Origin: Bdellovibrionales bacterium
GTDB lineage: Bacteria; Bdellovibrionota; Bdellovibrionia; Bdellovibrionales; UBA1609
Assembly (NCBI GenBank): GCA_965219095.1
Contig: CBDCMT010000001.1
Coordinates: 2,272,001 to 2,336,000 of the forward strand
Length of the DNA: 64,000 nt
Direction of reading: 5' to 3'
The notes under the pieces were generated by a model that saw only the letters and a list, made by a program, of their open reading frames with translations, did not search any database and was not told where the DNA came from. Positions 58,683 through 64,000 of this stretch are shown here, in pieces. The number at the start of each line of letters is the position of its first letter. The stretch's first letter is position 1. Position numbers and translations under genes: made by a program.

Positions 58683-60671
58683 CTACTTCCAACCCTCTGA
58701 GATAGATAGTTTAGAGGTCTTTAAAAAATCTAAAATCTTTTGAGAACAATCAAGAAAATTTTTTCTTTTTTTAATACCATGACCCTCATCCTCATAAATG
58801 ACAAGTTTTGTTTTTTTACCTGATTTTATGAGTTGATTGTAAATAGAAGTAGCTTCAGAAAGAGGAGCACGAGGATCTTTAGCTCCTTGGATGATGAGAA
58901 GAGGAGCCTGAATCTTATCGACAAAATAAATAGGAGAACGTTCTTTCCAAAGTTCTATATGAGATTGATCTCCCATTTCACGTTCCAAATAATCCTTAAA
59001 TTCTTTTTTAGTCGTGCCAAAAAAAGTTTCTAAGTTAGAGAAACCAATCACATCAATACCAGCAGCCCAAACATTAGGCTGCTTTGTTAAAGCCATAAGC
59101 GTCATATAGCCACCGTAACTTGTTCCGTAAGCAATAACTTTTTTAGAGTCCACATAACCTGTCTCTAAAAGAAACTTAACACCATATTTCAGGTCTTCTA
59201 AATCTCCGCCTCCCCAATCCATATTGTTTAAATCTTCATATTCTTTGCCATAGAATGAAGAGCCTCTAATATTAGGAGCTAAAATAATATAACCTCTATT
59301 TATAAGAAAAGAAAAATGACTGCTGTATAAATTTAGAGAAGCCCCTGAAGGCCCTCCATGAATGAATACAATAGCAGAGTTTGAACCATCTCTTTTTAAA
59401 TTAGGTGGCATATATAAAAGACCAGGTATTTTTAAATCATCAAATGTTTTATAAAAAACAACCTTAGGCTCAACGAGATATTTTTCAAGTGAGTTCTTTT
59501 TTAAAATATTTTTTATGCTTTTATCTTTTAAATCAACTATCTCTAGGGAGTAGGGAAGTGTTGTTGAAGTCCGTGTGTAGAGAATTTTTTCGTTGTCTAA
59601 AAAAACAAGACCATAAATCCAGCCATTTAGAGTTACAGTTTGAAATACCTTAGACGCTTTCCCTTCATTTATGTCAGCTATAACAATATCCCTATTCCCA
59701 TGAGAAAAGCATAAGAAAGCTATTTTAGAACCATTCTTAGAAAAGCGAGGAGAGAAACATTCTCTGTTTTGATGGATCCATTGAACTTTATCAGTCTCCA
59801 TGTTTAAAAAACCTACTTCAGAGAAACCTCTCTCTTCTGGCATCTTAGTTAAAGGGAGGTATTTTTTATTTTTAGATAATCTGCCAGGATAAGCTAGAAA
59901 GTTATAACTTTTATAAGATTTTTCCTTAAGAGAATAAATTCTTAAATTTCCTTTTGAAAAGTCATTAGTTGCGGAAAGAGCAATTTTATTTTCACTCACC
60001 CAAACAGGGCTTCTCTTGGAAACCTCATCAAAAGTAATTCGAGTTAAACTTTGATCTTTTAAAGATAAGGTATAGAGTTGTGGATGTTTTGGTGAGTCTT
60101 GATTTGAAATAAGAGCTATTTTATCTCCTTGGGGAGACCACTCAGGAACTGAAAAATAAGCTTTTGGGTTTTTTGTAAGGGCTTTAAACTCTTTTGTTTT
60201 TAAGTTTAAAAGAAAGATTTGGTACATCTCATTTCCATTTTCATCTTTAAGAAACAAGGCATACTTTCCATCAGAAGAGACAGAAGAGATTAAAAAACGT
60301 TCCTTTGTTTTAACTAAAAGGCTTCTCTTGTTTTCTTTTATGGAATAAATAAAAATATGATTCTTCTTGCCATTCCAGTCTTGAATAAGGATTTTATCTT
60401 TATTTGGTAAAACCCTAGAGTTTGGAGCGCTTGTGTTTTCTGAAAAAACCTCTTCTAAAGAAAGAGATAAAATTTCTCTTTTTTCTGAAATAATAGATTT
60501 TGGATTTGTGGACTTTACTTTTAAAAGGCCTGCGTACTTTTCTCTTTTCATATTTAAATGATCTGAATTCATAGTTGAAAATTTTGTCATATAAACTAAG
60601 ACCCCTAGTAAAAAAAATAATAAAAAGGCTGACTTCTTTATTGCGCCTTCTGAGATTAAAAATTTTTTCAT
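58683..60671 (-). CDS. S9 family (prolyl oligopeptidase/acylaminoacyl peptidase-like) serine peptidase with N-terminal membrane anchor
   Basis: HGGP, G.SYGG, QGAKDPR and DEGHG catalytic motifs; TolB/WD40-like propeller (PEWSPQG). Confidence 0.92.
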   Translation of the reverse strand: MKKFLISEGAIKKSAFLLFFLLGVLVYMTKFSTMNSDHLNMKREKYAGLLKVKSTNPKSIISEKREILSLSLEEVFSENTSAPNSRVLPNKDKILIQDWNGKKNHIFIYSIKENKRSLLVKTKERFLISSVSSDGKYALFLKDENGNEMYQIFLLNLKTKEFKALTKNPKAYFSVPEWSPQGDKIALISNQDSPKHPQLYTLSLKDQSLTRITFDEVSKRSPVWVSENKIALSATNDFSKGNLRIYSLKEKSYKSYNFLAYPGRLSKNKKYLPLTKMPEERGFSEVGFLNMETDKVQWIHQNRECFSPRFSKNGSKIAFLCFSHGNRDIVIADINEGKASKVFQTVTLNGWIYGLVFLDNEKILYTRTSTTLPYSLEIVDLKDKSIKNILKKNSLEKYLVEPKVVFYKTFDDLKIPGLLYMPPNLKRDGSNSAIVFIHGGPSGASLNLYSSHFSFLINRGYIILAPNIRGSSFYGKEYEDLNNMDWGGGDLEDLKYGVKFLLETGYVDSKKVIAYGTSYGGYMTLMALTKQPNVWAAGIDVIGFSNLETFFGTTKKEFKDYLEREMGDQSHIELWKERSPIYFVDKIQAPLLIIQGAKDPRAPLSEATSIYNQLIKSGKKTKLVIYEDEGHGIKKRKNFLDCSQKILDFLKTSKLSISEGWK

Positions 60672-60775
60672 ACAATAACCCTTACTGGTCTTTCCTTTAT
60701 GGATAAAGCTAACATGGCAATGTAATATAAGTATAAAAGCTTATGATATCAATTTAATTTTCTAACTATGACCCA

Positions 60776-61334
60776 GTGTCCCTTATAGCAAGGGGTTTTC
60801 TAGAAGTTAACATTTCTATTATTGTAGAGAATGAAGCAGGGGAGTATTGTGAGATACCCTCTGATGATATAGGAAAGTACACTCCCTATTTTTTAAATCC
60901 AAGCTTTCAAGTAAGCCCTTATTTGACGTGAAAAAATAAGGAAATCAAGAGTTAGCTGAGGCAGAACTCATATCTAAAACAGCAAGTTTACATACAGCTG
61001 GTGGAGTACAAGTTGCAGTTGCTCCTGTTATTGGTAGTGCTATTGCGGGTGCTATAGCAGGATCAATAGTGGGTTGTTCACTTGGTGTTGGCAGCTGCGG
61101 AGAGCAATTTCTAAGAGTGGTATCGATACGGCAATGAGGAGAAGTGCGGTGGCTGGCGCTAGTACGTTAATAGCATCACCAATATTACTATCATTAGCAT
61201 CAATAGGGAAAACATTGACAGGCAAAGTTGTAGTAGCAGCAGGTTCTGTAATGATTGCATCAGCATCGGTAGCGGGATCAATATCTGCAATGGTTTGTAG
61301 TAAAGTAACTTTATTTTTTTCAAAAAAGAATTAG
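60776..61334 (+). pseudogene. Decayed gene for a Gly/Ala-rich hydrophobic (glycine-zipper/bacteriocin-precursor-like) protein
   Basis: Three consecutive frame pieces: ...IVENEAGEYCEIP...; ...QVAVAPVIGSAIAGAIAGSIVGCSLG; ...SAVAGASTLIASPILL...ASVAGSISAMVC. Confidence 0.5.
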
Positions 61335-61439
61335 AAATCAAAAGAACTCTTGTTTTTAAATAGGCCTCTATTCAAGCATGCGGGGGCTTCTCTGTTATAA
61401 CTTTAAGTGCAACTAAAGCAATGTTAAAAACCAACTTAG

Positions 61440-61934
61440 ATATTTCAGATTTTATGTCATAAAATTTACATATGTTCTTCGAGAAAGATTGTCAATTAAG
61501 ATTAAAGCTCACAACGACTTTTTATTTATTAAACGAAAAGCAAATGAGGATTTTAGCTACGGCAAAATCGAAAGCCTAGGGTTGCGGTGGCATAAGCAAG
61601 GTATCAAAGTTTACAGATTTATGTCGTCAGACTATTTACAGAGGATTAGAGGAGCTTTCTAAAAGAAGGAATGGTCAAAAAGAAATGTCTTTTTTCGTAT
61701 ATTTCAAAAAACTGGAGAGGACGTCCTTTGATTAATTATATGACTGTAATCAATTTAATATCTAAGACGAAAATCAAGCCTAAAAGTTAAAGCTTGTTTA
61801 GATAGAAGAAAATACAAAAAAGGAGAAACAGCGTCTAAAAAGGAGATGGAGTTTATAAAAATTAAGAGAGAAGCATTTCAGGACAAGTGGAATTATAAAA
61901 TACTATTACATTTAAGTTATTTTTTAACAGTTCC
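61440..61934 (+). mobile_element. ISAzo13-family degenerate, internally deleted remnant
   Basis: LNEKQMRILA...GGISKVSKFTDLCRQTIYRGLEEL joined to FSYISKNWRGRPL...WNYKI; likely right end TTATTTTTTAACAGTTCC. Confidence 0.7.
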
Positions 61935-61940
61935 TAAAAG

Positions 61941-62321
61941 TTAGGCAATGAGATCTAAAAAACACTGTCTCCAATACAAGGGAGTTTTTGATGAAAACTT
62001 TAGAACCAGCTCAAAAATTTTTTGATCCACTCGGGAAGATCTAATCACAATACCATCTAAATTCAAATTCATATCAGGTAAAAACAAATTAAGGTGTTCT
62101 CCTATGAGGTTGTCTAAACTCAAACGTTGCCTTAAATCAACACGCACAAGATCACATCTTGAAATATGAATACAAAAAGCAGTTAGACTTATATTTAATA
62201 GTACCCCATATTGAGCAATTACACTCTTGTCATAGAGACTTGTAACCTCTTGAATGCCTATCTTTTCAATACATTTTCTAGGTTCTTTTCTATCTATAAA
62301 GTCTAACTTCCTAGCTGACAT
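61941..62321 (-). CDS. PilZ-like domain protein
   Basis: RKEPR (RxxxR) and NISLTA (degenerate N/DxSxxG); GAGGTG RBS before the ATG at 62321. Confidence 0.65.
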   Translation of the reverse strand: MSARKLDFIDRKEPRKCIEKIGIQEVTSLYDKSVIAQYGVLLNISLTAFCIHISRCDLVRVDLRQRLSLDNLIGEHLNLFLPDMNLNLDGIVIRSSRVDQKIFELVLKFSSKTPLYWRQCFLDLIA

Positions 62322-62434
62322 ACAAACACCTCTCTTACCTCTCACTATCTTTATCGTCATAAAAAATAAAAACATTAAGATTTTTAAAAAAATCATGTAA
62401 ATTAAGAGGCATTTTGTTTTTGAAATAAAGAGTG

Positions 62435-62672
62435 TTAAAAAATGATCCAACTATCTAAAACAGGAGCTGCCACAAACACAATTAAACTCATATTGATCCA
62501 TATAAAAAACTTTTTCCAATGGCTAAAGTCATTTTGACTCATAGTAAGACAAATCTCTTTTTTAAAGTACTTTAAAAATTCATAGCCTGTCTTTAAAGCT
62601 ATAGGAACCACTAAGATTAAATACATCATATGTGCTGAAACAAAAAGGGGTGAAAGAAGAACTAAAAAGAGA
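62435..62672 (-). pseudogene. 3' remnant of a membrane-protein gene, possibly heme o synthase (CyoE/CtaB)
   Basis: Hydrophobic helices ending FFIWINMSLIVFVAAPVLDSW; the 5' part is replaced by the inverted duplicate from 62673. Confidence 0.5.
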
Positions 62673-62905
62673 TAAAAAAACAAAACTTGTCATTTATGAG
62701 GATGAGGGTCATGGTATTAAAAAAAGAAAAAATTTTCTTGATTGTTCTCAAAAGATTTTAGATTTTTTAAAGACCTCTAAACTATCTATCTCAGAGGGTT
62801 GGAAGTAGATCAAGAACTCTGCAAATAAAGATAACCATTTAAATCCATTTTAGAAGACCTAAAGCCATTGATCAGGTTTATAGGGAAAGTCAATAGGACT
62901 TTATA
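62673..62905 (+). repeat. Inverted copy of 58586-58818 (S9 peptidase 3' end plus downstream DNA)
   Basis: Reverse-complement match; encodes KKTKLVIYEDEGHGIKK...EGWK* on the + strand. Confidence 0.93.
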
Positions 62906-64000
62906 TAGTGCTTCCGTTTAGGTTTTCAGTTTCCTAAGATAGAGAAGTTATCAGTTATCAAAGTTTCTAATTTAGGTCTGTGTTTTCGTATTCCTCTAAA
63001 AAATTGACTTAAACTTCCCTTGAAATCGTCATAGTTTTCATAATATCGATTCGCCGTGACCTCTTTTTTCATAAACTTCCAAAGCCTTTCTATAGGATTT
63101 AAATTCGGTGAGTACGGAGGAAGATAAATAAGCTTTACATTCAACTCTTTCGCTAACTTCTTGACAGACTTCGATCTATTGTATCCGGCCCCATCTAAGA
63201 TAAGATGAATCTCTTTTTCATCGGGATGCTTCTTAATGAATATGATGGAGCATATCACATAGGAAAACTTCGTTGACTGTCTTATAACTCCTGACTACCG
63301 TCTTCAAACTATTGATCTCAATAGCTCCACAAACATTCACTCTTTTTCTCCAGCCTGAATTGGTCTTCACTTCAAACTTCTTACCCTCTCTTATCCAACC
63401 ATATGAAATCGTAGGGCCCCACTCAGGATGTGTGGAATCAGCAAAGTAAACAGGACCGTCTTTCTTCTTAATTCTCTTGTATTTACGCACAAACTTTTTC
63501 TGCTCTTCTCTCTTTGCCTTACCCGGTATCGCTGTGGCTTTTTTATAAGAAAAACTAAGGCGATGGAGAAGATCAATTACACCACTTGTTGAGTACGTAA
63601 CACCAAAATTCTCCTCAATGAACTGAATAACGGTCTGTGATGATGGAAAAATTCTTTTCTCTAATTCCTTTAAAAGCATTTTCTCCTCTTTCTTAGTTAA
63701 AAAGGAGCTTTTAGGGTTGTAATTGTCGTTGATTAAGCACTCTATCCCACCTTTGTTATAACGATCTCTACAGGCTCTTATCGTGCCCTCATCAATGAAA
63801 AGAAAGCAGGCAATATCTTTACACAACTTACCTTTATCTAAATGGAGAATTGTCATAATCCTTTTTGCGTATTTAAGATTTTTCTCTAGAGATAGTTCAT
63901 AGAGTAAATCTTTTCGCTCTTTTTTTGATAGAAACCCTGACATATGAAACTATTTTTAAAAATAAATGACTTTTTATCAAGGCCTTAGAATAAAAACTAG
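62906..64000 (-). mobile_element. IS630 type A, frameshifted (ORFs 63233-63943 and 62926-63258); runs off the window edge
   Basis: IR at 62906; near-identical to the 57041 copy. Confidence 0.93.

Noticed and set aside
62322..62450. Longer start for the PilZ-like ORF
   Set aside because: Low-complexity extension overlapping the upstream remnant; the RBS supports the ATG at 62321.

Overview
AT-rich bacterial chromosome segment. Gene content and order suggest Bdellovibrionota or a related deltaproteobacteria-like lineage (inference): a split atp operon (b'-b-delta-alpha-gamma-beta-epsilon), a nuoB-CD-E-F-G-I cluster, long-form PhhA, a PilZ protein and a type IVa pilin remnant. Roughly half the window (about 30 kb by my boundary estimates) is insertion-sequence DNA from about ten families: ISL3, several IS630, several IS66, IS3, IS5, IS110, IS982, IS256, IS1634 and ISAzo13. 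These are nested up to four deep, with MITEs and microhomology-joined fragments. Intact housekeeping islands lie between them: amidase-rph; atp; phhA-ATP-grasp/xth-fxsA/Ca-Na antiporter; SPL-like radical SAM plus nucleosidase-like gene; nuo-mgtE-recO-OMP/xerC; S9 peptidase. Structures not visible in the ORF track: an IS1634 with a 240-bp target duplication that leaves both flanking convergent genes intact; a pilA pseudogene with three lesions; a 300-bp foreign fragment inside a transposase; an IS110 with a long structured left end (bridge-RNA candidate); an ~0.82-kb inverted duplication with a fold-back around the S9 peptidase region; and a decayed Gly/Ala-rich precursor-like gene next to that peptidase. 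No rRNA, tRNA or CRISPR array was recognised.
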